Shown here in pieces: positions 9,142 through 19,274 of a stretch of 49,363 nucleotides of DNA. The stretch is taken from positions 1 through 49,363 of the forward strand of contig WTIW01000011.1 of the NCBI GenBank assembly GCA_011526385.1. The letters run 5' to 3'. The DNA comes from Pelagibacteraceae bacterium (GTDB lineage: Bacteria > Pseudomonadota > Alphaproteobacteria > Pelagibacterales > Pelagibacteraceae). The notes under the pieces were generated by a model. The model was not told the DNA's origin. It searched no databases and saw nothing but the letters and a program-made list of their open reading frames with translations. The stretch's first letter is position 1. Each line of letters opens with the position of its first letter. Both the position numbers and the translations under genes were made by a program.

Positions 9142-10861
9142 AGATCTCAGCTCACCAGCAACACAACAATTTGAAAAATTATTAAACAGCCAGTTATCAA
9201 AAAACAAAATAGAAGAAGGTAAAATTATTGAAGGTAAAATCACTAAGATTACCGACAAATATGTGTTTTTGTTCATACCTGGTCTAAAAAGTGAACCTGT
9301 TATTGATATCAATGAAATGAAAATGATTGGTATGCAGGATAAAGTTGTAGAAGGTGCAACAGTATCAGTTCTTCTTGAAAAAATTGAGGATAAAAATGGT
9401 GATGTAGTAGTTTCTGCTCAAAAAGCACAAAAGATTAAAGGTTGGTATGAATTAGAAAAAGCTTACGAAGATAACCAATCTATTAATGGAAAAATAACTT
9501 CAAAGTGCAAAGGTGGCGTTATAGTTGAGCACATTGAAACTGGTTCTTTAATGTTTTGTCCAGGTTCACAGATCTCAGACAAGCCAATGAAAAGCATAGA
9601 TCACTTAATTGGTGTCGAGCAAAAATTTGCAATTATTAAATTAGATAAAGTAAGAGGAAATGCATGCGTATCTAGAAGACAAATAGTTTCTTCTCACAAA
9701 AAAGAAGATAAAGCAAAAATTATAGAAAAATTTAAAGTTGGTGACATTATTAAAGATGCGGTAGTAAAAGGATACTCTTCTTTTGGATGTTTTTTTGAAG
9801 TTAATAATGAGATTGATGTATTAGTACATCTTCAGGAAATTTCTTATTCTAGAGTAAACCACCCAGATGAAATATTTAATATTGGTGAAAAGCATGACTT
9901 AAAAGTTATTTCAATAGATATGGAAAAACTTCAAATTGGTTGTTCAATAAAACAGTTATCTCCAGATCCCTTTGAGCATATTTCAAATTATGAAACTGGA
10001 AAACCTTATAAAGTTAAAGTTGTTAAAATTACAGATTACGGTTGTTTCTGTGAACTAGAGCCAGGTCTAAGTACATTATTGCATAGTAGTGAGATTAGCT
10101 GGACGAAGAAAAATATTTCACCTAAAAAATTATTTAAAGTTGGTGATCAGATTGATTGTGTAATTACTGAAATTGATAAAGATAAAAGAAGAGTTGCAAT
10201 TTCACATAGATTAACAACTGAAAACCCATATACAACTTTAGAAAATAAACATCCTGTTGGTTCTGATATTGATGGAATTGTAACAAGTGCAAATGAATAT
10301 GCACTTTATGTAAAACTTGGTGATTTTGATATCGATGGTTTTTTACACTCAAATGATCTTTCTTATACTGGAAAACCAGAAGATGAATTAAAGAAACATA
10401 AAAAAGGTGATAAATTAAAAGTAAGAGTTTTAGAAATTAAAAAAGAAGAACAAAAAGTAAGAGTTGGATTAAAACAACTTGAAACAGATCCATTTGACTG
10501 GTTTAAAGATAAAAAAGTAAATGATACAATCACAGTTCAGGTTGCATCATCTGATACTAAGGGTTTAATGGTAAAACCAGAGGGATGTGATTTAGAATTC
10601 TTAATTAAGAAATCTCAAATTGCAGTAAGTGCAGCAGATGCTAGACCTTCAAGATTTGTTGGGGGTGAGAGAATTGATGCCGCAATAGCAGAACTAAATC
10701 TAGATAAAAGAAAAGTAAGTTTAAGTATTAAACTACTAGAAGAGCTTCAAAATAAAGAAGCTGTTGATAAATTCAGTTCACCTCTTTCAGGAAAAAATCT
10801 TCCATTTTCATCGCTTTCTGAGAAATTAGATGATAAGAAAAAGAAAAAGGAAACTGAATAA
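9128..10861 (+). CDS. rpsA: 30S ribosomal protein S1
   Basis: Repeated S1 domains (LVHLQEIS, LLHSSEISW, GFLHSNDLS); cmk-rpsA-ihfB order. Confidence 0.95.
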   Translation: MEIYKDLSSPATQQFEKLLNSQLSKNKIEEGKIIEGKITKITDKYVFLFIPGLKSEPVIDINEMKMIGMQDKVVEGATVSVLLEKIEDKNGDVVVSAQKAQKIKGWYELEKAYEDNQSINGKITSKCKGGVIVEHIETGSLMFCPGSQISDKPMKSIDHLIGVEQKFAIIKLDKVRGNACVSRRQIVSSHKKEDKAKIIEKFKVGDIIKDAVVKGYSSFGCFFEVNNEIDVLVHLQEISYSRVNHPDEIFNIGEKHDLKVISIDMEKLQIGCSIKQLSPDPFEHISNYETGKPYKVKVVKITDYGCFCELEPGLSTLLHSSEISWTKKNISPKKLFKVGDQIDCVITEIDKDKRRVAISHRLTTENPYTTLENKHPVGSDIDGIVTSANEYALYVKLGDFDIDGFLHSNDLSYTGKPEDELKKHKKGDKLKVRVLEIKKEEQKVRVGLKQLETDPFDWFKDKKVNDTITVQVASSDTKGLMVKPEGCDLEFLIKKSQIAVSAADARPSRFVGGERIDAAIAELNLDKRKVSLSIKLLEELQNKEAVDKFSSPLSGKNLPFSSLSEKLDDKKKKKETE

Positions 10862-10869
10862 AAACTAAA

Positions 10870-11160
10870 TTGTCAGTAGTAAAATCAGACTTAATCAAAG
10901 AACTCGCAGATAACTACCCAAACTTTCTTAGAAAAGATTTAACTAAGTTAGTTGATATAATTCTTTATGAAATGCAAAATTCATTAAAACGTGGTGAAAG
11001 GGTTGAATTAAGAGATATTTTTACTTTAGATCCAAGAATACAAAAAGAGGGAATAAGACGAAATCCAAAAACTGGTGAAAAAGTATTTGTCAAAGAAAAA
11101 AAGAGTATTTTATTTAAAATGTCAAAAGAATGGGCCAGTAAAATAAATGAAAAAGAATAA
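10870..11160 (+). CDS. ihfB: Integration host factor beta / HU family (TTG start)
   Basis: KSDLI, GERVELR, RNPKTGE; follows rpsA. Confidence 0.85.
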   Translation: MSVVKSDLIKELADNYPNFLRKDLTKLVDIILYEMQNSLKRGERVELRDIFTLDPRIQKEGIRRNPKTGEKVFVKEKKSILFKMSKEWASKINEKE

Positions 11161-11821
11161 GGTATTTGTTGCCTGCGATACTACAAATATAAATAAAATT
11201 AAAAAAATAATTAATGAAACTCAAAGTTCAAAATTAAAAGTTGGATACAAGTTTGGCCTTGAGTTTCTAAATTCAAAAAATGGAAGAACTTTTGTCTCAA
11301 GAATAAAAAATAAAACAGTTTTTGCTGACTTAAAACTCCATGATATACCGAATACCTGTGCGTCTGCTATTAAAGCAATAAAAGATTTAAAAGTTGATTA
11401 TTTAACAATGCATATAAGTTCTGGCCTAGACGCGCTCAGAGCTGCTAAAAAAGTGTCAGGTAAAATAAAATTAATTGGTGTAACAATTTTAACCTCATTA
11501 GATAATAAAGCCTTAAGAGAAATTGGATTTAATAAAGATGTTAAAAAAATAGTTCTTGATCAGGCTAAATTGGCAAATAAAGCTAAACTTGATGCCATAG
11601 TTTGTAGTGCACAAGAGGTAAAAATAGTAAAAAAAGTTTTCAAAAAGGAAATAATAACTCCCGGGATAAGATTTAGTTCAAATACAAATGATCAGAAAAG
11701 AACTTTAACTCCTAAGGAAGCTTATAGAAATGGTGCAGATTGGTTAGTAATAGGAAGGGATATTACTAAAGGAAACATCAAAAAAAATGTTGAAAAATTA
11801 ATTGATCACCTAAATCAATGA
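11147..11821 (+). CDS. pyrF: Orotidine-5'-phosphate decarboxylase
   Basis: DLKLHDIPNT, VTILTS, TPGIR, DQKR, VIGR. Confidence 0.96.
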   Translation: MKKNKVFVACDTTNINKIKKIINETQSSKLKVGYKFGLEFLNSKNGRTFVSRIKNKTVFADLKLHDIPNTCASAIKAIKDLKVDYLTMHISSGLDALRAAKKVSGKIKLIGVTILTSLDNKALREIGFNKDVKKIVLDQAKLANKAKLDAIVCSAQEVKIVKKVFKKEIITPGIRFSSNTNDQKRTLTPKEAYRNGADWLVIGRDITKGNIKKNVEKLIDHLNQ

Positions 11822-12432
11822 AAGGTTTAAAAATTTGTGGGGTCTCAGATCCTAAAACTTTAAACTATATTTTAAATCACAATCAAAAACCTACAATGAT
11901 TGGTTTCATTACAAATTATGAAAAAAGTAGAAGATTTGTTGAATATGAAAAATTAAAAGAATTAATAAATGTTGATAAAAAAAATATAAGTTTTGTCTCT
12001 GTACTTGTAAATCCAAACGATGAGATTTTAGAAAAAATTAAAGATTTAAATTTTGATTATTATCAGCTTTATGATGTTGATGCTGATAGAACAAATGAAA
12101 TTAAGTCAAAATATAAAATAAAAATAATAACTGCAATAACAGTCTCAAGTAAAGAAGATGTAATTAAATATAAAGATTACACTAATGTCTCAGATGTAAT
12201 TCTATTTGACTCTAAAGGTTACCATAAATCTGAAAGTTTTGATCATAATCTACTAGATGAAGTGCCTAAAGAGTTGAATAAAATGATTGCAGGAAATATC
12301 CAAATAGATGATATTCCTAGTTTTAAAAATAAAGACTTCATAATTGATCTTAGTGGCGCATTAGAAGATGAAAATGGAAAAAAAGATATAAGTAGAATTG
12401 ATAAATTGTTAAACTTGTCAGCAAAAATATGA
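11818..12432 (+). CDS. trpF: Phosphoribosylanthranilate isomerase
   Basis: KICG N-terminus, LFDS, DLSG..E..GKKD; pyrF-trpF-trpB order. Confidence 0.88.
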   Translation: MKGLKICGVSDPKTLNYILNHNQKPTMIGFITNYEKSRRFVEYEKLKELINVDKKNISFVSVLVNPNDEILEKIKDLNFDYYQLYDVDADRTNEIKSKYKIKIITAITVSSKEDVIKYKDYTNVSDVILFDSKGYHKSESFDHNLLDEVPKELNKMIAGNIQIDDIPSFKNKDFIIDLSGALEDENGKKDISRIDKLLNLSAKI

Positions 12433-13661
12433 AACTTAAAAAGAAAATACCACTAATTGATCAGCATGATAAATTAGGTTTTTGGGGAGGAAAATTTGGG
12501 GGAAGCTACATACCTGAAACTTTAAAAAAACCTGTCGATGATTTAACTAAAGAATTTAAAAAACTAAGAAAAAACAAAAAATTTTTAAAAAAGAGAGACT
12601 TATATTTTAAGAATTATATAGGGTCTCCAACACGATTTATTAAATTAGAAAATCTATCAAAACACATAGGTGGTGCTCAAATTTGGGCAAAAGTTGTATC
12701 TGATGCAAATGGTGGTGCTCACAAAATATATAATGCAACTGTCCATGCTCTTATCTGCAAAAGTATGGGTAAAAAATACATAGTCGGTGATACTGGCGCA
12801 GGTTATGCTGGTAAAATGCTTAGTATGGCGGCAAAGAAGTTTGGCCTTAAATGTAAAATATTTATGGGTGCAAAAGATATTAAACGTCAAAAACCAAACT
12901 GTGACGCCATGAGAAAAAATGGAGCTGAAATTGTTCCAGTTACAACAGGAAGTCAAACACTAGTTGATGCAGTAAGTGAATGTATGAGATATTGGGTTTC
13001 TAATTGCGATACTACTCATATGTGTGTTGGTTCAACAGTTGGGCCTAATATATTTGTTAAAATTTGTGGATGGAGCACTGCACAAATTTCAAGAGAGTTA
13101 AAAAAACAAATTAAAGAGCAATTTAAAAAAATTCCAAAAAAGATAAAATTAATTAATTGTGTCGGTGGAGGAAGCTCTGCATATGGATTTTGGAGTGAAT
13201 TTATTGATTATCCAAAGTCACAAATAGAGTTAATTGGTGTAGAGGCTGGTGGACCAAAAAAATCTAAATTACATGCAGCACCTTTAAGTAGAGGTGCTAA
13301 ATTAGGAGTTTTACATGGAGCTGCTTCCTATGTTTGTCAAAATAACGAAGGACAGATTAATGAAACAGAATCTATTAGTGCTGGATTAGATTATCCTGGA
13401 GTAAGTCCTATTCATTGTTTTCTTAAAGATACAAAAAGAGCCAGATATACATATGCAACAGATGAAGATGCACTAAATGCATATAAGCTTGTAACAAAAT
13501 TTGAAAAACTTAATCCAAGTTTGGAGCCAAGCCATGCATTTGCAGAGGCAATTAAAATAGCTCCTAAATTTAATAAAGATACAATTATAATTGTTAACTC
13601 ATGTGGAGACGCTAAAAAAGACCGAGACATATTGAGAAAAAGATTGGGCAGAAAAATATGA
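12429..13661 (+). CDS. trpB: Tryptophan synthase beta chain (divergent)
   Basis: FGGSYIPETL, GAHKI (PLP Lys), VGGGS, SISAGLDYPG; between trpF and trpA. Confidence 0.9.
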   Translation: MKLKKKIPLIDQHDKLGFWGGKFGGSYIPETLKKPVDDLTKEFKKLRKNKKFLKKRDLYFKNYIGSPTRFIKLENLSKHIGGAQIWAKVVSDANGGAHKIYNATVHALICKSMGKKYIVGDTGAGYAGKMLSMAAKKFGLKCKIFMGAKDIKRQKPNCDAMRKNGAEIVPVTTGSQTLVDAVSECMRYWVSNCDTTHMCVGSTVGPNIFVKICGWSTAQISRELKKQIKEQFKKIPKKIKLINCVGGGSSAYGFWSEFIDYPKSQIELIGVEAGGPKKSKLHAAPLSRGAKLGVLHGAASYVCQNNEGQINETESISAGLDYPGVSPIHCFLKDTKRARYTYATDEDALNAYKLVTKFEKLNPSLEPSHAFAEAIKIAPKFNKDTIIIVNSCGDAKKDRDILRKRLGRKI

Positions 13662-14458
13662 ACAACCCTATTAGTTTAGCTTTTAAAAATGCAAAAAAAA
13701 ATAATAGACCTGCTTTATTAACGTACACCGTTGCAGGAGATAACACCAAAAAGAAATCGCTAGAAATATTAAAATCAATTTCAAAGAATGTGGATATTTG
13801 CGAAATTGGGTTTCCTCACAATACACCTATAGCTGATGGAGGGCAAATCCAGACAAGCGCATATAGGGCGATCAAAAATGGAATTAAAATTTCAGATGTA
13901 TTTCAAATAGCAAAAAATTTTAAAAAAACAAAAAATTCAAAGCCAGTAATATTGATGGGTTATTATAATATGATTTATCAATATGGAGAAAATAACTTTT
14001 TAAAAAAATGTAAAAGTTCAGGTGTAAATGGTTTAATTGTTGTTGATTTACCATGGCCAGAAAATAAGAAATTCGCAAAAAAATGTAAAACTAACTCTAT
14101 TAGCTTTGTTCAATTATTGTCTCCAACAACATCAAAAGAAAGATTAAAAAAAATAATAAAAGACTCTCATGAAATGATTTATTACATAAGTATGTTGTCG
14201 ACTACTGGAGGACAATTAAAAGTTTCACCAAAAAAAATTTTATCAAATTATAATCAAATAAAAAAAATTGATCCAAAGAAGAATTGTGTGATTGGTTTTG
14301 GAATAACTGAAAAAACCATAGCAAAATTAAAATCTGCAGACGGATTAGTTGTTGGAAGTGCTATTTGTAAGGAAATAACTAGAAGTTTAAACAATAGACA
14401 AAATCCTGTCACAAATGTAAGTAAAGTAGTGGCTAAATTGAGAAATAAAATTTCATGA
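13658..14458 (+). CDS. trpA: Tryptophan synthase alpha chain
   Basis: EIGFP..P.ADG..IQ, LMGYYN, VDLP, GFGI, VVGSA. Confidence 0.93.
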   Translation: MNNPISLAFKNAKKNNRPALLTYTVAGDNTKKKSLEILKSISKNVDICEIGFPHNTPIADGGQIQTSAYRAIKNGIKISDVFQIAKNFKKTKNSKPVILMGYYNMIYQYGENNFLKKCKSSGVNGLIVVDLPWPENKKFAKKCKTNSISFVQLLSPTTSKERLKKIIKDSHEMIYYISMLSTTGGQLKVSPKKILSNYNQIKKIDPKKNCVIGFGITEKTIAKLKSADGLVVGSAICKEITRSLNNRQNPVTNVSKVVAKLRNKIS

Positions 14459-15387
14459 ACTGGTTAACGAAAGCTATAAATCTAGGTGAAAAAATTAAGA
14501 AGGTTTTAAAGAAAAGACCTTCAAAAGAAGAGATAGAAAACTCTGATTGGACAAGCTGTTGTAAAGGCCCTGTTTTAAAAAAAGAACTTGAGGAAAATTT
14601 ATGGGTATGTGGATCTTGTGGTAAGCATCATAGAATAAGTTGTAGACAGAGATTTGATATTTTATTTGGTAAGAATGCGTATGAAATTCTTGAAACCCCT
14701 ATCCCAGCTGAAGATCCTTTAAATTGGGTTGATACAAAATCTTATAAAGACAGATTAAAAGCTGCTAGAAAAAAAACTAATCAAAATTGCGCGGTAATGA
14801 TTGCAAGAGGAAGAATAAATGGAATAGAAATTACAGCTGGTGCAATAAATTTTGATTTTATTGGGGGATCTGTGGGTGCTGCGGAAGGTGAAGCAATTAT
14901 TTATGGTGTTCAACATGCAATTGACAATCAAACTCCGTATGTATTTTTCCCATGTGGTGGTGGTCAGAGAATGTTCGAGTCACCTATTGCACTTGCAAAT
15001 ATGACTAGAACAACTCTAGCAATTAATGAATTAAAGAAAAATAATCTACCATATATTGTTTGTTTTACAGATCCAACTGCAGGCGGGATCACGGCTTCAT
15101 TTGCAATGTTAGGTGATGTACACTTTGCAGAGCCTGGATGTTTAATTGCATTTGCTGGTAAAAGAGTAATACAAGCAACTGTGAAAGAAGAGTTAAGTTC
15201 TGACTTTCAAACATCAGAGTTTGTCGAAAAACATGGATTTGTAGATAGAGTTGTACAAAGACAAGATTTAAGAAAAGAAATAAGTACCCTTTTATCAATA
15301 TTGCTTAAGAGAGAAACTGGGTTAAATTCAGAAAAATTAAATGACTCTTCAGACAATATTGAACCGCTTACAAAAGCTGCATCCTAA
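14455..15387 (+). CDS. accD: Acetyl-CoA carboxylase carboxyltransferase beta subunit
   Basis: FIGGS, GGG.RM.E, DPT.GG.TASFA.LGD, FAG.RVI; trpA-accD-folC order. Confidence 0.93.
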   Translation: MNWLTKAINLGEKIKKVLKKRPSKEEIENSDWTSCCKGPVLKKELEENLWVCGSCGKHHRISCRQRFDILFGKNAYEILETPIPAEDPLNWVDTKSYKDRLKAARKKTNQNCAVMIARGRINGIEITAGAINFDFIGGSVGAAEGEAIIYGVQHAIDNQTPYVFFPCGGGQRMFESPIALANMTRTTLAINELKKNNLPYIVCFTDPTAGGITASFAMLGDVHFAEPGCLIAFAGKRVIQATVKEELSSDFQTSEFVEKHGFVDRVVQRQDLRKEISTLLSILLKRETGLNSEKLNDSSDNIEPLTKAAS

Positions 15388-16606
15388 AGAAATAGATTTA
15401 AGTCTAGATAGAGTTAGAAATCTTTGTAAAAAACTTGGCAATCCCCAAAAAGATTTAAAATATATTTCTGTTGTTGGAACGAATGGTAAGTATTCTACAA
15501 TTCAGGCAATTAGAGCAATTTTAAAACAAGCAAATATAAAATGTAATATTTATACAAGTCCGCATATTCAAAGAATTAATGAAAGGTTTGTATTTAATGA
15601 TGAGGAGATTTCAGATTCTGATCTTTCAGATTTATTAACAAAAGTTGAAGAAGTAAACAATGGAGAAGAAATAACTTATTTTGAAATTTTAACTGCAGCC
15701 TACTTTTTTCATGCAAGTAAATATAAAGAAAACATAAATATTATTGAAAGTGGTTTATTTCATAGATTTGATGCAACTAATATAATTGATAACAATTTAT
15801 TAAGCATCGTTACTGCTATAGGTTTAGATCATTTAGATTGGCTTCCAAAAAACGAACAAACAATTGAAAAAATCATTTTTGAAAAAACGTCTGCACTTTT
15901 AAATTCTAAAATTGTTGTAGCTAAACAAAGTAGTGAAGATATACAAAATTTAATTAAACATTCGATATCATCAAATAAATCAAAAAAGATCACATTTAAT
16001 GATAATTTTAGTTATTCAATTAATGAAAATGGATTTATTTATTATGAAGATGAATTCGGAGGAGTAAAATTACCTAAACCAAATTTAATGGGTCAATTTC
16101 AAATAGATAACTCAGCTACAGCGGTTGCAGCTGTTAGAAATCTAGATTTAGATGTAACTGATGAAAATATTAAATCAGGAATTACAAAGATTAAAAGCAT
16201 TGCAAGACTTCAAGAAATTAAATCAGGGAAATTAAAAGATTTATGTAAAAATAATCAACTATTTGTTGATGGATCTCACAATCCTCTTGGAGCGAAAGTA
16301 TTAAATGATTATTTACAAACACTAAATTGTAAAAAACATATAATCTTAGGAATGATGGCTAATAAGGATCATCAAGAATACATAAGTTACTTTAAAAATA
16401 TTTCATCATTAACAACAATAGATATTCCTAATCAACCAAACTCAATTAAAGGTGAAGACCTAAAAAATAAATTAAATAATTTACCTAATTTAAATTATAA
16501 AGAATCTGTTGAAGATGCTCTAAAGAGTATTTCTGCTGATAATGAAGATATTATCTTAATCACAGGATCACTTTATCTTGCAGGGGAAGTATTAAATTTA
16601 AATTAG
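15341..16606 (+). CDS. folC: Dihydrofolate/folylpolyglutamate synthase
   Basis: GTNGK, YTSPH..NER, DATN, DGSHN, TGSLYL. Confidence 0.93.
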   Translation: MTLQTILNRLQKLHPKEIDLSLDRVRNLCKKLGNPQKDLKYISVVGTNGKYSTIQAIRAILKQANIKCNIYTSPHIQRINERFVFNDEEISDSDLSDLLTKVEEVNNGEEITYFEILTAAYFFHASKYKENINIIESGLFHRFDATNIIDNNLLSIVTAIGLDHLDWLPKNEQTIEKIIFEKTSALLNSKIVVAKQSSEDIQNLIKHSISSNKSKKITFNDNFSYSINENGFIYYEDEFGGVKLPKPNLMGQFQIDNSATAVAAVRNLDLDVTDENIKSGITKIKSIARLQEIKSGKLKDLCKNNQLFVDGSHNPLGAKVLNDYLQTLNCKKHIILGMMANKDHQEYISYFKNISSLTTIDIPNQPNSIKGEDLKNKLNNLPNLNYKESVEDALKSISADNEDIILITGSLYLAGEVLNLN

Positions 16607-16923
16607 ATATTTTCTTTTATCCAAGAAACAATATCTGATTTTGGTGTTGCTCCAACTTTAGTTGATTTTAATTCACCATCTTTGAAAAGCAACATGGTCG
16701 GTATACCTCTTACTCCATATTTAGTCGGTGTATTGGGCTCCTCATCAATATTATGTTTTGCAATAGATACATCATTTGCCATCTCGTCTGAGATTTCCTC
16801 TAAAATTGGTCCTACCATTTTGCAAGGTCCACACCATTCTGCCCAAAAATCAACTACTATTGGTTTAGATGATTTTAAAACTTCTGTATCAAAATTTTCG
16901 TCTGTAACTTTTAATGTTGCCAT
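16603..16923 (-). CDS. trxA: Thioredoxin
   Basis: [11 protein letters not shown]; GIPT. Confidence 0.97.
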   Translation of the reverse strand: MATLKVTDENFDTEVLKSSKPIVVDFWAEWCGPCKMVGPILEEISDEMANDVSIAKHNIDEEPNTPTKYGVRGIPTMLLFKDGELKSTKVGATPKSDIVSWIKENI

Positions 16924-16980
16924 ATGTTTTATATATAAATTTAATTTTTTAATTCAATACCAAATATAAATATGTTGAAA

Positions 16981-16989
16981 TTATCCACA
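16981..16989 (+). promoter_or_regulatory. Perfect DnaA box TTATCCACA in the sbcB-trxA spacer
   Basis: Exact 9-mer match; single copy, so function is uncertain. Confidence 0.35.
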
Positions 16990-18423
16990 TCATGCATTTT
17001 CATATTTTTTCTGTATTGACATTGCATAATTATTGAATTCATCAAGAAGATTTAACTTTTCCTCATCATTTTCATTTGTATATTTTTCTCTCAAAGTATC
17101 TATTTCGGTGTAAAGAGTTGGTATAGTCCACCATTTTTCTTTTCTTTCACTTAGTATTCTTTTTGCAATATCTCTTTTCATAGATTTAAAAATATCAGGT
17201 GGCAATGTATCAGGCGCTTCTTGATAAATAATTTTTTTTCCAAAACCTACTAATCTATCGTCATCAAATTTATCTAATAATTTTAATTTATCTTTCCATG
17301 ATGCAGCATGCCAAGCTGGAAATAATGCAGTATCTTTATTTGAAGTGAATCTTGTATAAATGCTCTCCTCTGCGTAAATATCTTCTTGGGATTTAGAATG
17401 TTCTTTTTCCTCAGCAACCTCCCTTAAAGCAACCAAAATGTTTTGAGAAAATTTTTCACTTTTTTGAACTATTTCTGCTCTTTTTTTTATTAAACTTTCA
17501 TCCATTGCATTATAGGGTTCAGCTTTTATTCCATATTTTGCATCTACAATAATTGGAGCTTTATTTGATCTAATTGTTCTCAAAAACTTAGGTGATTTTT
17601 TCATTTCTACTTTTAGTTCATTTATTGAAAGATTTAATAAAGGCTCAACATCTGTTCTTAAATCAACTGAATAATACCAGCCTTGATAAATTGGATGCAT
17701 GCAATATTTAGGATGCAATGGAACAACTAAATGAAGTCTAGACTTTCCATAATAATATTCATTTAAAGTAAAAATATCACCTTTTTTAATAATTGTTTCA
17801 GTATCTGATTTATTTGCAGTTTTTAAAAAATCATTCCAGGTATGTTCTTGTTTTCTTTTAACAATGCTCAGTACTTTGGCAGTCATTTCTGCATCAGCTA
17901 GTGCTGAGTGAGCATCGCTTGAATCTATTCCTTGCATACGTGCAAGGGACTCTAATTTAAATACAGCGTTATTTTTTTCATTAAATTCTACTTCTAAAAT
18001 ATTTGGGTCTACTGCATAGGCTGCACGTGCAATATTTATTCCATCATGTCTTTTATTTGGTGCAGCATTTGTTAGATATGGATATCTTATTCCTTTAAAG
18101 AATTCTTTTCTGATCATTTCATCATCAAAACCAATATTTGACCAACCAAGAAATATTGCAGGACTCCATTTTTTAAAAATTTTCTCTACCTCGGCCAACA
18201 TTTGGTAATGACTTAAATTAGCTTGTGTAAGTTGTTTAATTGAGGTTTTATTTACAATTAACGCCATGGCCTGAAAGATTTCACCTTCTGGCAAACGACA
18301 CCTTAAATTAAATCTGTCTTTTTCTTTAAAGTTTTCATCAACAAGCACTCCGCCAATTTCAATTATGCTACCAAAGTCAGTACTCGCGCTTGACGATTCT
18401 ATATCCCAAATTGCTAAATTCAT
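16990..18423 (-). CDS. sbcB: Exodeoxyribonuclease I-like DEDDh 3'-5' ssDNA exonuclease
   Basis: WDIESS, N.GFDDE, FKLE.LA, AHSALAD motifs; ExoI length. Confidence 0.85.
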   Translation of the reverse strand: MNLAIWDIESSSASTDFGSIIEIGGVLVDENFKEKDRFNLRCRLPEGEIFQAMALIVNKTSIKQLTQANLSHYQMLAEVEKIFKKWSPAIFLGWSNIGFDDEMIRKEFFKGIRYPYLTNAAPNKRHDGINIARAAYAVDPNILEVEFNEKNNAVFKLESLARMQGIDSSDAHSALADAEMTAKVLSIVKRKQEHTWNDFLKTANKSDTETIIKKGDIFTLNEYYYGKSRLHLVVPLHPKYCMHPIYQGWYYSVDLRTDVEPLLNLSINELKVEMKKSPKFLRTIRSNKAPIIVDAKYGIKAEPYNAMDESLIKKRAEIVQKSEKFSQNILVALREVAEEKEHSKSQEDIYAEESIYTRFTSNKDTALFPAWHAASWKDKLKLLDKFDDDRLVGFGKKIIYQEAPDTLPPDIFKSMKRDIAKRILSERKEKWWTIPTLYTEIDTLREKYTNENDEEKLNLLDEFNNYAMSIQKKYENA

Positions 18424-18550
18424 ATTTTATTCCTTAAATTAGCTAGGTTTTGATGGGTATTTGGAAAGTTTTTATTAGAACTAAACCATTTGCATCTAAA
18501 CAAGTAGCTTCTAGTTAGTAATATCTCTTTTATGAATTGGAAAGTTAAAG

Positions 18551-19237
18551 TCAAGATATATTATTCATCTCGTAAAATTTTTTAACCCTTCCCATAAATA
18601 AATTTTGATACATTTCTAATTCAGCTCCCTCAATTTTAAATTCTTGAAATAAGTTATCCTTTGTACAAAGAAGTATAATTCCTGCTTTCATTTTTGTTCC
18701 ATGAACTACATCGTGAGCTAAAGTATATGCTCCCAGTTGCAAAAAATAATCTTGAATGTAATCAATTTTTTTAGGTTTGTTTGCTTGTTTAAAATCTACA
18801 ACAACATCTTTTCCTTCATAAAAACCAATTAAGTCAGCTGTACCTGCATATTGCTCAGGGTAATAAAGTGTTTCCTCCATACCATAAATTTCATGCAATC
18901 TTCCTTTAATCCCTTTTTCAATTATTTCTTTTGCCATATTTTTATATTGTTCATTCGTTTCAAAAAAAGTTTCATTAATTCTTCCTCTTAAATAATCTTC
19001 AATATAAGAATGCATCGATGTCCCTCTGGTTGAGGCTTCGGTTTTTATTCTATTAGCTTCTTTATGGCCTACTCTTTCTTTCCAATTTGCAAGAGCTGCT
19101 TTTTCTTCCTCAGATTTCGTAGCACTTAAAATAGTTGTTACACTTGGTAGTTTTTCATCTCCAAATAAATATTTTCTATATCCATTCTCTATTGATCTTG
19201 ATGACTTTGGATAAGTAAATTTATTATTCCACTCCAT
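18551..19237 (-). CDS. PD-(D/E)XK exonuclease, phage/MGME1-like
   Basis: LPSVTTIL, W..RVG..EA......RGT.MH, E..LY, YAGTAD, VDFK, LQLGAY motifs. Confidence 0.85.
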   Translation of the reverse strand: MEWNNKFTYPKSSRSIENGYRKYLFGDEKLPSVTTILSATKSEEEKAALANWKERVGHKEANRIKTEASTRGTSMHSYIEDYLRGRINETFFETNEQYKNMAKEIIEKGIKGRLHEIYGMEETLYYPEQYAGTADLIGFYEGKDVVVDFKQANKPKKIDYIQDYFLQLGAYTLAHDVVHGTKMKAGIILLCTKDNLFQEFKIEGAELEMYQNLFMGRVKKFYEMNNIS

Positions 19238-19274
19238 TAAATTTCTTATATTTGGGTTTATTCTAAAAATGAAA

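Noticed and set aside
18551-19237. Cas4 / CRISPR interpretation of the PD-(D/E)XK nuclease
   Set aside because: Lacks the four-Cys Fe-S motif; no cas1/cas2 or repeat-spacer array seen in the window.
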